From positions 62,001 to 126,000 of the forward strand of contig JYFJ02000115.1 of assembly GCA_000934665.2 (NCBI GenBank): 64,000 nucleotides of DNA, written 5' to 3'. Each line of letters starts with the position of its first letter. Position 1 is the stretch's first letter. The notes beneath the pieces are model-generated. The model was not told the DNA's origin. It saw only the letters and a program-made list of their open reading frames with translations, and did not search any database. This DNA comes from Catajapyx aquilonaris. Lineage: Eukaryota. Positions 1-12,144 of the stretch are shown piece after piece. Made by a program: the position numbers and the translations under genes.

Positions 1-149
1 AGAAAAACGCGCTGTCAAAGTGCCGGTAGCCTATATCAATAGCCGATTTAACAGCCTGCACCATCTGGTCCGACTGCACTGGGTCTAACTGTGCAAAAAC
101 AGTCGCGCACTTGAGAAATCAGCAATTAGTTTAGCAATTAGCTGCGTAC

Positions 150-269
150 CTGGAATGATCCCATGCCAATTGCTGGTATTTCTTTGCCGTCGTTCATCCT
201 CAGCTTGTTGGCCAAAATTGGCATTCGGACCACCTCGTCCGAACCAACCTTCGCACAGCACATACCCAT
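150..269 (-). CDS. Aldo-keto reductase family member, first coding exon only (gene continues off the left edge)
   Basis: MGMCCAKVGSDEVVRMPILANKLRMNDGKEIPAIGMGSFQ then donor CAG|gtacgc at 149; L-x-M-N-D-G-x-x-I-P-x-x-G-x-G is the typical AKR N-terminus, and the intron position matches the AKR at 24101. Confidence 0.75.
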
Positions 270-1123
270 TATTTCCCTGCAAAATATTGTCAATCCAAAA
301 AAAAAAAAATGCAAATTATCCACTCTTAGCCAACAATATATGAAGCGTGAAATGATTCGTTATGGAAGTGTCCTTGAAAATAAAGTTTATGACCACTTAC
401 GCAACAGGGTGGAGCAGAACTGACGGGAAATCCAACAAATATTTTTGGCACACTTTAGCACTGAGGCACGTTCACCTGCTTCACACGCGATCGCCGCACA
501 TGTGAAAGACCACTGCAAAATTACGATTTGGTTCCCCTCACATTATTTTCCTGTTTCCCAAACCGCAGTCTCGGTAAGTTTGGATCGAAAGACGACCAAA
601 TAAACCGCTTGTTAAACAGAAATGGTAACTCTCAGTGACTGAGTCATGTGACATCGATCGTTGGGGGGGCATATGTGGGGGTGGGACCAATGCTATCAGA
701 AGGCTATCTTTACATTGGAGTTGAGTATGTAAGTACGTATAGTCTAATCCATCTTTGTAAGGATTTTCAGCACGAATTCCGCCTTTGCAGAAATTGCAAT
801 TGAGGCACTCACTGCCCGATGAACAGCAGGAAGCATACATTCACAAGCTGGTCATTACCACTTATTGACTGCATAACGACACAGAGAATTGGGCATTAAC
901 TGCTAACGAAATGAAAATCAAGAATATTTCCAAAGAGCCAATTTGCACGTACATTCCGAGTGGCTCACCCGCAGATAATGTGCGGTGTTTTCTCAACTTA
1001 TCTCCATCTACGATATCACAATGTGAGGGTCAGACAAAGTCAAGAGGTGTAATATGATAATATTTTATTTCTGGTAACATATAAAAAGAGTACAAAGATT
1101 GCCAATTAGGAATATTGGCTTGA

Positions 1124-3410
1124 TCACTTCTTCCTCTCCTTGACAGATCCGTCTTCAGTCCCAAAGTATGCCACTGCTGCCATACCAACAAACAGTCCAG
1201 TTTCGACAACGCCTGTAAATTGTTAAAAAATAATCAGAAAAGCTCTGTTTACTCTTCCATAACGGAAAGCAAATATTACACCACAGATACCTGGTATGCA
1301 CTTAATTTCTCGGTGAACTTTGTCCCAGTCTTTCACTTCCTTGAACTTCCAGTCCAGGATGAAATTGCTGTTGTCAGTAATGACAGGTCCCTGTTGGTCA
1401 GAAAGAAAGAAAAAGATGGAAAACACCATAAACATATTGTTGTGTGCAGTACAAACTGTAAGTTCCTCATTTCCTAATTGTTGACATATGGACATTCTCT
1501 TTACACAAAACAGGAACAGGAAATGTAACGTGTGAGTCACTGTTATGATAACCCCCACTTTTGAAGGAAATACAATGAATCAGCCCACTTTTCAGTTGAC
1601 TTTCGTGATGCAATAACTTCGGAAAGAAAGATTCACTCCAGAAGTGTTTGCCTTCCACACACAGTTGCCTCTCAGTATGAACACACAATATTACTCATTT
1701 TCTGGTATCAGTTTCATAATGCGGTATTGTCTTGCCTAGCTTTTAAAATATTGTTTTCCACTGAAATATGTTAGCAGACAGGCACCGTCATATACAATTT
1801 CTCAATCAATAAATCATAAAAATGAGCAGACTGGGTAATAAATTATTGACCTGTGTAATTAATATCCTTAACAGTAGCCTATTAATTCTTCAATTAGCTG
1901 CCAAAATTTGTATGTAATCTGGTATGTCCTATCCAATACTCTTAGAAAATGGGTGGATGTGATGAAATCATTTGTACTAATGCAATATACTAATGTACTA
2001 ATACACATGTGTGGTTACTCCGCTGATGATTGATTGCTGCCTAATGATATGTACTTGCTATTCATTGTTAGACACAAACTTGTAATAGCAAAAATTATAA
2101 GACCTCAAGCAACAATCTTGACTAGTGAAATCAGGCCTAAATTGCATTACCCTTCCATTAGTTAAAACTGACCGCTTTCATCTTTCCCATCCTGAGCTGA
2201 GCAGTTCCCCCAAAGAGATCTTCCACCTTCTTCTTGACGGGTGCATAGGCCATTGGCAATACCTCGATGGGAACACCTCCTTTCCACTGCTGTCCCAACT
2301 CCTGAGAGTCCTTCCTGAACAGTAAACAACCAGTTAATGGCTTCCGTCTTCATTTATTAACCATGCAAGAAACATCCAACGAACCTGTAGTCTGCCACCA
2401 CCACAAATTCCTTGGCATTTGCAGCCACAATCTTCTCCTGGGCAAGGCAGCCTCCACCACCCTTGATTAGAGTCAAATCTGAATCGACTTCATCTGCACC
2501 ATCTATGGCACAGTCAAGCACTGGGTTGACCTCAAGGTCACTCAATTTCAGACCATTCTCCAGTATCAGCTGGCGAGCTTGGAACGAAGTCGGGATGCAA
2601 GTCACTCTCAGATTCTCCTTCCGGACACGCTCAGCTGCAATAAAAACGCACATGATAAATACAGTTCCGCATCCTCTGCCAAATGTTTCAAGTGTCTAAA
2701 GTGGATGAAATTTGATGCTAGAAACAGCAAAGTATTATGCATTTGGTCGCAAGTTCATGCATGGATTTCCTTGACTGTCAGCGTGAAATTTTACGACCAT
2801 AGATTTCCGCTGAAGCTGACTTTCTTTTGTGAAGAAACACTACAACAGGTAGCTACGGCCATGAAGCCAATTTCGACAAGAATGGAGAGGGAAGGAAGTG
2901 GCCGCTATGTGAGTAGGAATGTCTTTCATGCACAAACATGAGCTGTTGTTGTCATTGTTGTGCAATACCATCCAGCATCACTGCTGAGCTTGTTAAATAC
3001 CCTTTAATCCCCAGATGGGGCATTACAACATCCGGCTACATTGCCTAATACGTACCCAACCTGTGCACGGAATACGTGATGGTTGAACCGCTTCCGATGC
3101 CAACCACATGTCCATCCTGTCGTGAAGAGATAGTCGATGCCATTAACACACGACTGCAAGCATCAGCACATTGCAACAACGCCAATAAAAAATTTTAACA
3201 ACCCCTTTCACACCGGTCCAGTATTAAACAAACAAACAATTTAATGAATGCAAGTCATTAAATATTTTTATACGATCTGACACGTACCGTATAAACAAAC
3301 AAGATACGGTATCGTATTAGGCCGGCATTTCAAAGATACGGTACCTTGACGTGGTTGTCGACCGCCCTGTATGCAGCCAGCTTCTTCGCGTGTTCCACCG
3401 GGTCCTCCAT
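1124..3410 (-). CDS. RPIA: Ribose-5-phosphate isomerase A, 6 exons (approx. 3345-3410, 3057-3117, 2386-2634, 2173-2314, 1292-1390, 1124-1213)
   Basis: Motifs [76 protein letters not shown] introns join them in frame. Confidence 0.95.
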
Positions 3411-4559
3411 CTTCGCAGCTGCTGTGGTCCTGATGCTGGCGGGTCTGGATGTCACAAGGAAAAGCGAGGGGCTCAGCAAGAAGTACGACGCCCGTCGCAT
3501 CTCAACCTTGACATTCCATTGGCGCGTTCGGAACTTTCCATTCCATCCGGCTGGGGGTTACTAACTGCGTGACGTCACATCATCAGCAACTTTCCATGCA
3601 AGGAGCGACTGAACGAGCCCAATCCCCGCGAAAATTTGCACACAATCGAAAGGGCGTGTCTGAAATCCGAATCTGTGCGGATTTATCCCACCTTCCAACC
3701 CCTTTTTTACAACACTGGCATCCGCTTCTTTTTTTTGCAATGCGAACTTGGACACAATGGCGGTCTGTTTATCATTACGACCCTTTTTTTTCTCTCGCTA
3801 TCGTTCTGCGTCAGTAGTCGAGTCCTTCAGGAATGTGTCGCAGCACTTAACATCCGGATTTGGACGCCTAATCTCACCTGCAGCCAGCTTCATGTACTCG
3901 CAGGTCTGCTGGGAAAAGGGATTTCATTTTATGCAGATGGGGGTTGCAAATATTGGCAAACACAGTTGATGAATAAATTTTTTTATTTATTTGTGTTACA
4001 ATTAAGCACCGTGGACTAGTACAGTGTGGTCAATGCTGATAAAGCGAACAACAGATTAATAAATAACCTTAAACCTGTTTAAAATCCAATTAAACACACT
4101 TTATGGATAATTATTATTCGTCCTGCTAATTTGCTAATACAGTTGAAGGCAAAGGACAATATGTGCATGAACGAGCCACTGTTTGAAAGTTACTATTGTT
4201 GAAAGTTCATTACCTTTTTATTACAATTTTTTCTAATAAAACAGGTTACAATAACACACTTAAAATAGCTGAAGGCATTGTCCTACACAAGAAATTTGCC
4301 AACGCTGGCGGAATTTATTCACAGCAACATATTTCATGTACTGTACGTCGAAATGTGGGCTTATGCTACAATTTTTTTAAAGGATTGATGTCACCATTAT
4401 CACTAATAAGTCACCATATCACTGACAATTCGATGGTGCACTCAAAACTTTTAACAATGTGACTACACTACAGCAGCAGATGAATAAAACCACACTATGC
4501 ACTCATTTTTTTTTAAATATATATAAACAGCATAATAATTATTATGGATGGTGTTAGAG

Positions 4560-5530
4560 TCATAAATATTCAGAGACGGTGGTCCGGACAGTTCCTCTCT
4601 GCTGGAAGTACCGGTCTTCAAAGTGGCCGAAAGTGAAATGAGGCGGTGTCGACGATGGTACGAACGTGTCTTTTTCAGTCATGATTGGGGAGGATGAGGA
4701 CGTCGACGGGGGGTCAGGATCGACGCTGCTTTCAGGCAACGAGTCGATGAGGCTGCTGGCCACCGACGCCGGCCTGGCGACGACGACGCCTACATCTTCG
4801 TCGACGCCTTCCCCTGGCACAAACACTGTCCGGACCTCCTCGATGTGGTTGGCCTCGAACTCCGACACAAGTCTGCTGACCCTCCTGTTATTGGCGATTC
4901 GGATGTCTTCGTGGTCGTCGTCGTGCATCGACGATGTCGACGACACCGACGACGCTGCCGACGATGTCCTATCAGCCCGTCGCCACCACTGGTCAACCCG
5001 GACGTTCCTCCGTGGTATTAACGCCGCAAAGTCGTTGGTCAGCCGCCGGTACCGACTCCTGAAGCTACCCGAGCTGCTGCTGGCGTCGTCGTCGTCGTTG
5101 CAGGTATGTCCGATGGTGTTGTACCGGCTGGTCACGTGCTGCTTGTGGGCACGAGGAAGCGTGGACGACGCTCGTCCTTGGAGGACCTTGGAGGAAGTGC
5201 CGTCGGCTCCGTTCATCTGAAAAGTGGTCACGCGACAATTACGCAACCGCGGTACCGGTACGCACCCCCTTTAAAACAGAAAAAAACCCAGATTTCCTTG
5301 AAAAAATAATAATTACGCACCTTCCCCCGATAAGATAATACTCAGCTGGCTCTAACGACACTATTATTGCGACTAAGTACACCTTGCGTCATGTCAAGGA
5401 CAGAAATTGACACATCACATCCGCTACACAAGAACGCACAATGTGTACTTACAATAGGATGCGTGCTGCTGTGTCGGCGTCCAATGATGCTTATGTCCGA
5501 TGAAGGTCCGTCGCTGCTGGGGTCCTCCAT
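4560..5530 (-). CDS. Hypothetical low-complexity Ser/Asp/Arg-rich protein, about 244 aa, 2 exons (5453-5530, 4560-5216)
   Basis: GC-rich 228-codon ORF preceded by acceptor tttcag|ATG; upstream exon MEDPSSDG...THPI ends at a phase-0 gtaagt donor; no recognisable domain. Confidence 0.5.
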
Positions 5531-6796
5531 GGTGTGTTACGCCCTCCGGATGGCCCCCAAACTGGCTCTCTGCGATGCCTGCAATGTAATCCAATCTCGA
5601 AGGTTGGAGGGTGGTAGTTGCTGGGGAGGGTGGTATAGGTATAGTGGTGGACGAGAGAATGAATACCACACGTGAATATGTAGATGCAACGACGTCACTT
5701 GCTGATGGCGTCACACCAAAAAGCGCAATGGAAAAAAAAAAAATCAACGAGGAAAAAAATTACACACGCAGCAATTAAACACAACGGAAGATAGACACAC
5801 GTTGATTGCACTTAATGAGGGATGCGGAGATAGCAAAATAATGAGATGTTTGCACTTTTTTTTTAAAACGTGCACTTGGTATTGAATTAATCATCGATTT
5901 ATGGGGATAATCGACCCGTTCGGGGCGATCAAGAGCGTGACGGAAGTTGTGCTGCTGCATCCATTCATTCTTCTAATTGCGATTAGGTCATGCAATTCCT
6001 GTCATGGTATGTCATTTGCACTACCTAAGTAGCTGTGTGTAGGCACCCAGTTTTATTGCATGTCCATAAATAAAATGGGGGTGAAGAAAAAAAAATCATT
6101 GAAATACCGGTTTTGCAAAATATTCATTCAAAATGAGGGAGTCACTCTCTTTTTTGCAAGTACTGTCATAGGTACAACTCTTGTATCATTTTATATGCGA
6201 CAGAAATTCGCGGAACAGTGGTGCAATTTCCAAATAAAATTTCCGCAATGCTGGGCTAATTTCCATTCAATCCGTGTGAAGAAATAGGTGACGACATAAT
6301 AATTATAGGTTCTGATGCATTGCTTCTACCGGGTGTTGGCGTGATTGATGTATGGGATGGATTCAAGATCACTACTAGTGACGTTTGTATTGGACATGTT
6401 AGTGTGCTGCTGGCCTACAAATCAGAACTGAAACAGCCATGTAGGCTACGTATACCAAAGAAAGACGTGCGTAGTCCATACACAAAACAAAACAAAACAA
6501 AACAAAACAAAACAAAAAAATCAACCCCGATTGAACAGGGTTCAAGGACGTGGACTATTGACACATCCGGTCTTTTATTTTTTTTTGTAATAAATTTTTT
6601 AAAAAAACCTTTCAATCACGTCAATCTGCAAGACATTTCAAAGGCCCCGCTGTGCATGCCAAAAATTACCTGCAGAAGGCCTCTTATTATTTATTTTTAA
6701 AATCTAATTTTGGTCTCTCTCACTTCCATGGTGAATATTAGCAGATTTACCTGTGGTTAAATTATAGACTCGTAACGTAGAACACTACGACATAAC

Positions 6797-6860
6797 GCGA
6801 AAATATTCGCTGAGATACAAACAATAATTATTATTGTTTGTCTATCAGCGAATATTTTGC
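6797..6860. repeat. Imperfect AT-rich palindrome (hairpin)
   Basis: aaaatattcgctga..caaacaataa / ttattgtttg..tcagcgaatatttt. Confidence 0.75.
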
Positions 6861-7019
6861 AATTTACAGTAATTGGAATGGAAAAGTTGCATTTTATTCA
6901 GATAATTATTGTCTGAATAATTTTCATTGCAATTAAATTATTGCTCTTGCCTTTCGTTACGGTATAGTACCTAGAATTGTAGATTCTGTACATCAATATT
7001 CTAGGTACTGTAATTACGG

Positions 7020-7266
7020 TACGGTATTTACTCTCGTGACGTCACGTCCGGGTCCGCTTAGGCAACTATGACACTTGAATTCTAAATACATATTGCATTG
7101 CGCCGATTGGGCACACATTGTTATGTGACTAATGCAATTTTTATGTAATTGCAATTAAATTATCCCATTACAGTACGGTATCCACGCTAGTGACGTCACA
7201 CGTAACCATTTCTAAACGGTCCGCTTAGGCAACTGTGATGACACTTGAATTCTAAAAATATTGCAC
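7020..7266 (+). repeat. Degenerate direct duplication containing a CRE-like site (TGACGTCA)
   Basis: tacggtat..gtgacgtcac..ggtccgcttaggcaact..atgacacttgaattctaaa..tattgca occurs at about 7020-7097 and 7174-7265. Confidence 0.75.
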
Positions 7267-7670
7267 AGAACAATTTTATTTACAAACAGTGTTGAAAAAT
7301 ATATACTGATATCTATCATTTACGGTTGATTCGTTTATTCCAAATTTAAATTAGCGAGCTGGCAACCTTGGTTCAATTGAAGCCGCATAGTGGACGCCAT
7401 CTTCCTACTCCCGGCTATCACGTGACCCGAATCTAGCGCTGTGATTGGCCTGATCCAGCCAGGCGCTCCAAGATGGCCGCCTCCTTCCTCCCCTAGAGCG
7501 GGTAACTGCAGGGTCACCATCGTGACAGAATCCACCCACCCACCCACTCTCCCTGTCCCACTGCTTTCTATGCTCGTGGCGGGGCCCCAGCCGGTGGGGG
7601 AAGGCGGGGAGTGCCGGGGGGAGGACGCGCGGGCTTCGATGAGTCAGGCACATGCAGACGCTCGTTTTCA

Positions 7671-10600
7671 GCTAGGGTGCCAGAGGAGGTTGGTCGGTGT
7701 GTGTGTGTGTTTGGCCCCTCGCCCCCCAAAAACTGCAGCGGAATGCAGCGGACTTGCCCCAGCGCAACCCATCGGCCCCCGCAGCCCGGAGCAGCACGGC
7801 CCCTTGGCCGCCCCCACCAGCCCACCAGCAGCGGAGCAGCGTGGCCCCTAGGCCACCCCCAACAGCAGCCCCATAGAACTAACACACGTAAGTGTGTTCC
7901 ATGTTAAATTGTTAAATTACAACCATATTCGGGGAATTAATTGGGACCTGCTCCTGGGTGCAGCATGGCCCCTTGACCTCCCCCACCAGCCCACCATCAA
8001 CGGAGCAGCTTGGCCCCTTGGCAGCCCCCACCAGCCCACCAGCAGCGGATCAGCATGGCCCCTAGGCCACCCCCAACAGCCCACCATCAACGGAGCAGCT
8101 TGGCCCCTTGGCAGCCCCCACCAGCCCACCAGCAGCGGATCAGCATGGCCCCTAGGCCACCCCCAACAGCCCACCATCAACGGAGCAGCTTGGCCCCTTG
8201 GCAGCCCCCACCAGCCCACCAGCAGCGGATCAGCATGGCCCCTAGGCCACCCCCAACAGCCCACCATCAACGGAGCAGCTTGGCCCCTTGTCCACCCCGA
8301 ACAGCCCACCATCAACGGAGCAGCACGGCCCCTTGGCAGCCCCCACCAGCCCACCAGCAGCGGAGCAGCATGGCCCCTAGGCCACCCCCAACAGCCCACC
8401 ATCAACGGAGCAGCTTGGCCCCTTGTCCACCCCGAACAGCCCACCATCAACGGAGCAGCACGGCCCCTTGGCAGCCCCCACCAGCCCACCAGCAGCGGAG
8501 CAGCATGGCCCCTAGGCCACCCCCAACAGCCCACCATCAACGGAGCAGCTTGGCCCCTTGTCCACCCCGAACAGCCCACCATCAACGGAGCAGCACGGCC
8601 CCTTGGCAGCCCCCACCAGCCCACCAGCAGCGGAGCAGCATGGCCCCTAGGCCACCCCCAACAGCAGCCCCATAGAACTAACAAACGTAAGTGTGTTCCA
8701 TGTTAAATTGTTAAATTACAACCATATTCGGGGAATTAATTGGGACCTGCTCCTGGGAACAGCGTGGCCCCTTAGCTGCCCCCAGCATGGGGAGTGGCGA
8801 TGTGGCCTGGGAACATAACAGATAAATGTCATGTCAGCGTGACTGAACTTACGCTGTTCTGTGATGAGTTTGTGGCCATTTGTTTGCACTCACTGTTGTA
8901 ACTGCTTTATATTCTTTCATAACCTTATTTCTGCGAGTACCTGACCAGTCTCCAGAATTTTTGTGCCCTTGGTTATGTGAGGGTAATGAGGACCACCACC
9001 TCATTATCCGCTGGCATCCCAATCGTTTGGAAAGGCTGTGATGGAAATGTATGGGTGTGTGTGTGTATGTATGTATGTATAACCTCATTGAACAAATTGT
9101 GTGTTACTTACCTCTGAATTCTTCATTATACTTTCATCCTTTAATATTATATTTTGATTATTTATTGCAGGTACACCAAAGGAGGCAAAGGTGGCAATGG
9201 AGCATGATGTGGCGATGTTGGCCAAGTCTGTGGAGGCAAGGAATAAGTAAGTTGGTGTATGCATGAATAGCATGAGCACAAAAAAATTTTACTCTGCTAC
9301 TGTCACACATGAAGGCATAATAACTCAACACACTGTACAATACTCTGTGCAAAGGAATGCTCATGTGTGCCTGGATAATAATCAGATAACGCCGATAATC
9401 GGAAAATGGTCCTATGATTTTAAAATGAGCTATTCACAGGTTTTTAGCGAACTACTGTACTGTACTTGTATACTATGGTGTGTGCTGCTTTAAATCAGGT
9501 TCTATCAAAATTATAAAACTTGAAACATAATTTTAATTTTTCTGCTGAAAAAATGCGTACATTTTTGTGTCTGCAAGACATTGACATTCTTTCGGACATT
9601 TTTACTTTAGTTTTTTGGCAATGTATGGATTATCTGCACCCAGATAATCGGGAGCACAGTGTAATTACTCTTTGCCCTTACTGCTTTCCCAGTTTAACAT
9701 GCCTAGGTACATAATTGCCATTTTTCTGCCATCAGGCCACTGCGGGGATGTCTAATTGGAACCAGCCTGGAGAAGTATATCCTTCCGCAGCGGCTCGTGC
9801 CCACTGGGGAGTTCTGCACGTTCAGCTTCCCAGGGGGCACCCTTGCCTCCATGGAACATCTAGTCCACCACTTGGCACATAGAGGAGGGCTGGATGTCAT
9901 TGTGCTAAGTGGTGGAACAAATGATTTGGCTAACATCGCCACCAAAGCCAATCCCCTGGAGATGGCAAGAAAAAAATTGAAGGAGTTGAAGGGCTTCATC
10001 ACGATACTTCAAAAGGCAATGCCCTCATGCAGGCTTGTCGTGTGTGAGGTACCGCCGAGGGTGGAGAAGGTCACACGGCAAGTCCTGCATGAGGGATTGC
10101 GGCGCTTTTGGAACCAGCGGCTGAGGAAGGTGTGCCAGGACACACGAGTGTTCCTCCTTAAGATCAGCGTGAGTTTTTTATTATAAAATTTCCATGAGGA
10201 TGCAATTACATGGAATTTTAATTTTGCTCTACAGCCCATTGCGCGGAAGCGGAAGCTGAAGATGATGCTGGCATGTGATGGTGTGCACTTTTCTAAGAAG
10301 GGGAGCAAAATCTGGGCCAGCTTGCTGAGAAATGTGCTAAAAAATGTGCTGAGCCCAGATTTTGCTCTACCTAGAGTCACACAAGAAGTCCTGGGTGTCC
10401 CTGCCTACCAAGTTGACTGGTGTGACGATTGTCACACCAGGGGACATGAGATGGGAACCTGCATGACCTTTCTTGGAAACCTGGGGTATGATTATAATTT
10501 CTGCATGCTGATTTTACATTCTTGCTTGGGTTATGCCATACTCTTAAACTGATTATTTCTTCTATCAGATGTGCTTGGGGTGGAGAAAAATGTCAGATGT

Positions 10601-10671
10601 GCCGCAGAAAGAGGCCCCCAAACCACCATGGCAACAACAGCAGAGGGGGAGGATACAGGCGGCGTCGATGA
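7671..10671 (+). CDS. Spliced gene for a repeat-rich SGNH/GDSL-hydrolase-domain protein with CCHC zinc knuckle (exons about 7671-7887, 7964-8686, 9171-9246, 9736-10168, 10235-10485, 10569-10671; start codon uncertain, possibly ATG 7743)
   Basis: All junctions are GT-AG and phase-compatible (1,1,2,0,2). SGNH blocks LIGTSL, FPGG, GGTNDL, DGVH; then CDDCHTRGHEMGTC (CX2CX4HX4C); C-terminus CAWGGEKCQMCRRKRPPNHHGNNSRGGGYRRRR*. Confidence 0.75.
7788..8790 (+). repeat. 45-bp minisatellite (16 units in the main block, higher-order 90/135-bp structure) plus a duplicated 75-nt intron
   Basis: Unit ggagcagc(a/t)tggcccct..ccc(c)(a/c)(a/c)cagcccacca(t/g)ca(a/g)c; block ccccatagaactaac..gtaagtgtgttccatg..gggacctgctcctggg repeated at 7869-7958 and 8668-8757. 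Confidence 0.95.
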
Positions 10672-11608
10672 AGGTGTGCTATTATTTCCCATAAGCCAGT
10701 TGGTCCATCCCTTTCATTGTTGGGCATAAGATCTATTTGGTTGCTCTGAACTAGTGCTGAGCAGCCCAAAGGTGAATATGTGTCTCTGATGCATGCATGC
10801 ATCCCTTGGCATCTGGTATCCATCTGACATCTGAACTATATTACCCGCTTCACAAATCTAATCATTTCAATTGGCATCAAAATTGCACTAACTTGCATTT
10901 AAAAATCCAAATCAGCCTGATTCAAGAGCTCTCTTAATGTAATGATTAATAATGATGCCAATGTGTAATAAAATAAGTCATGCTAGTTGACTTCATGTAA
11001 GGTGCATAAACATATGTTAGGAAAATGCCTTTGGTGACTCTTGTGCTTAGTTCTTTTTCTTTGTTCTCTTTTCAGAAGCTCGTGCACACTTCCCACTGCT
11101 CTGCATGTGTGCTGCTTCCAGGGGTACAAGGCAGTTTTTTGTAGCACTGTACCAAAGACCAAGTGCAAGTCTGACATGTAAATGTACATTGTTTATTTAA
11201 GTTTCACCTTTCCAATAAAATAATGTTACATCCACTTTTGAGTCTTGATTTTCTTGCAGTCTTGAGTGGTTATCATGTTGATGGCCAAGAGTACAAGTAC
11301 ATGACTGTACTGGTAAGTCACAATTGGAAATTTGCAGGAGGCCCAGTGAAACAGACATCATTAACTTGTAATTTAGTATACCACTAATATGGCATAATTA
11401 TTGACCCCAAGTTATAACTGACATATGCATTTATTTATTATAGTACAATGTGAATGAAACACTAAGTGTAAGTGCACAGTATGCATTTTAGGCTCTTTTC
11501 ACAAGATCCCCCTTCACTAAGTTCAAATACAACAAATGCAATCCATAGAAATAAGGTACTTCAGAAAAAGAAAATTGGTGTTGGTGGGGAACATTTAATT
11601 TAAGGGTT

Positions 11609-11873
11609 AATTGAGGAGCCTGAGATCAAAACCGCCAAGTCCACTTGAAATAACTGGTTGTAAAATGAGCAAAAACTGATGATTACTTATAACTTTCAAT
11701 GGAAAAATATTAGAATTTTTTTTACTTCATATGTTGATGCAGTTCAGTTACATAGCCTACATAAATGTTCAATTAATGTACCTAATGACATTAAAATACA
11801 TCACTGCTGCAGGTATTTGTGTTACATCCCCCAAAAGTGGACTTGGCAATTTTTCATATCAGATCCCTAAATT
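11609..11873. mobile_element. Degenerate MITE with about 38-bp terminal inverted repeats
   Basis: aattgaggagcctgagatcaaaaccgccaagtccactt versus reverse complement of aagtggacttggcaatttttcatatcagatccctaaatt. Confidence 0.6.
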
Positions 11874-11936
11874 TCGCAATATTCTGGGCTTTTTCCATAT
11901 CAGAATAGTTCTTACTCACATATACAAAACTTCGAT

Positions 11937-12098
11937 GAGTTCTCTCCGTGTTCACGTGGGTTTTCTCGGGGTACTAGCGTTTCCTCCCACAATCAATCAA
12001 AACCCATCACAGGACAGGCAAATGAATGAAGTTGGTGAATGAAAAGAAGATCCCCTAAAAGGCCCAAGGAGGCCTGTCACGGGGTGTCCATTATTATT

Positions 12099-12142
<44 letters not shown>

Positions 12143-12144
12143 TA
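11937..12144 (+). mobile_element. 5'-truncated SINE fragment with (CAT)n tail
   Basis: ctccgtgttcacgtgggttttctcggggtactagcgtttcctcccaca resembles the conserved core of V-domain-type SINEs as I recall it; followed by a (CAT)n/(TAT)n tail. Confidence 0.55.

Noticed and set aside
7473..7501. ATG at 7473 as start of the SGNH gene
   Set aside because: Reads MAASFLP then TAG at 7494; not continuous with later exons.
7917..8684. Antisense GW/WG-rich 255-aa ORF resembling an Argonaute-hook protein
   Set aside because: By-product of the 45-bp repeat being stop-free in several frames; splice signals and downstream exons support the + strand frame.
9736..10485. Calling the SGNH gene oskar
   Set aside because: No LOTUS domain is visible, catalytic residues are retained and a zinc knuckle is present; similarity is fold-level only.
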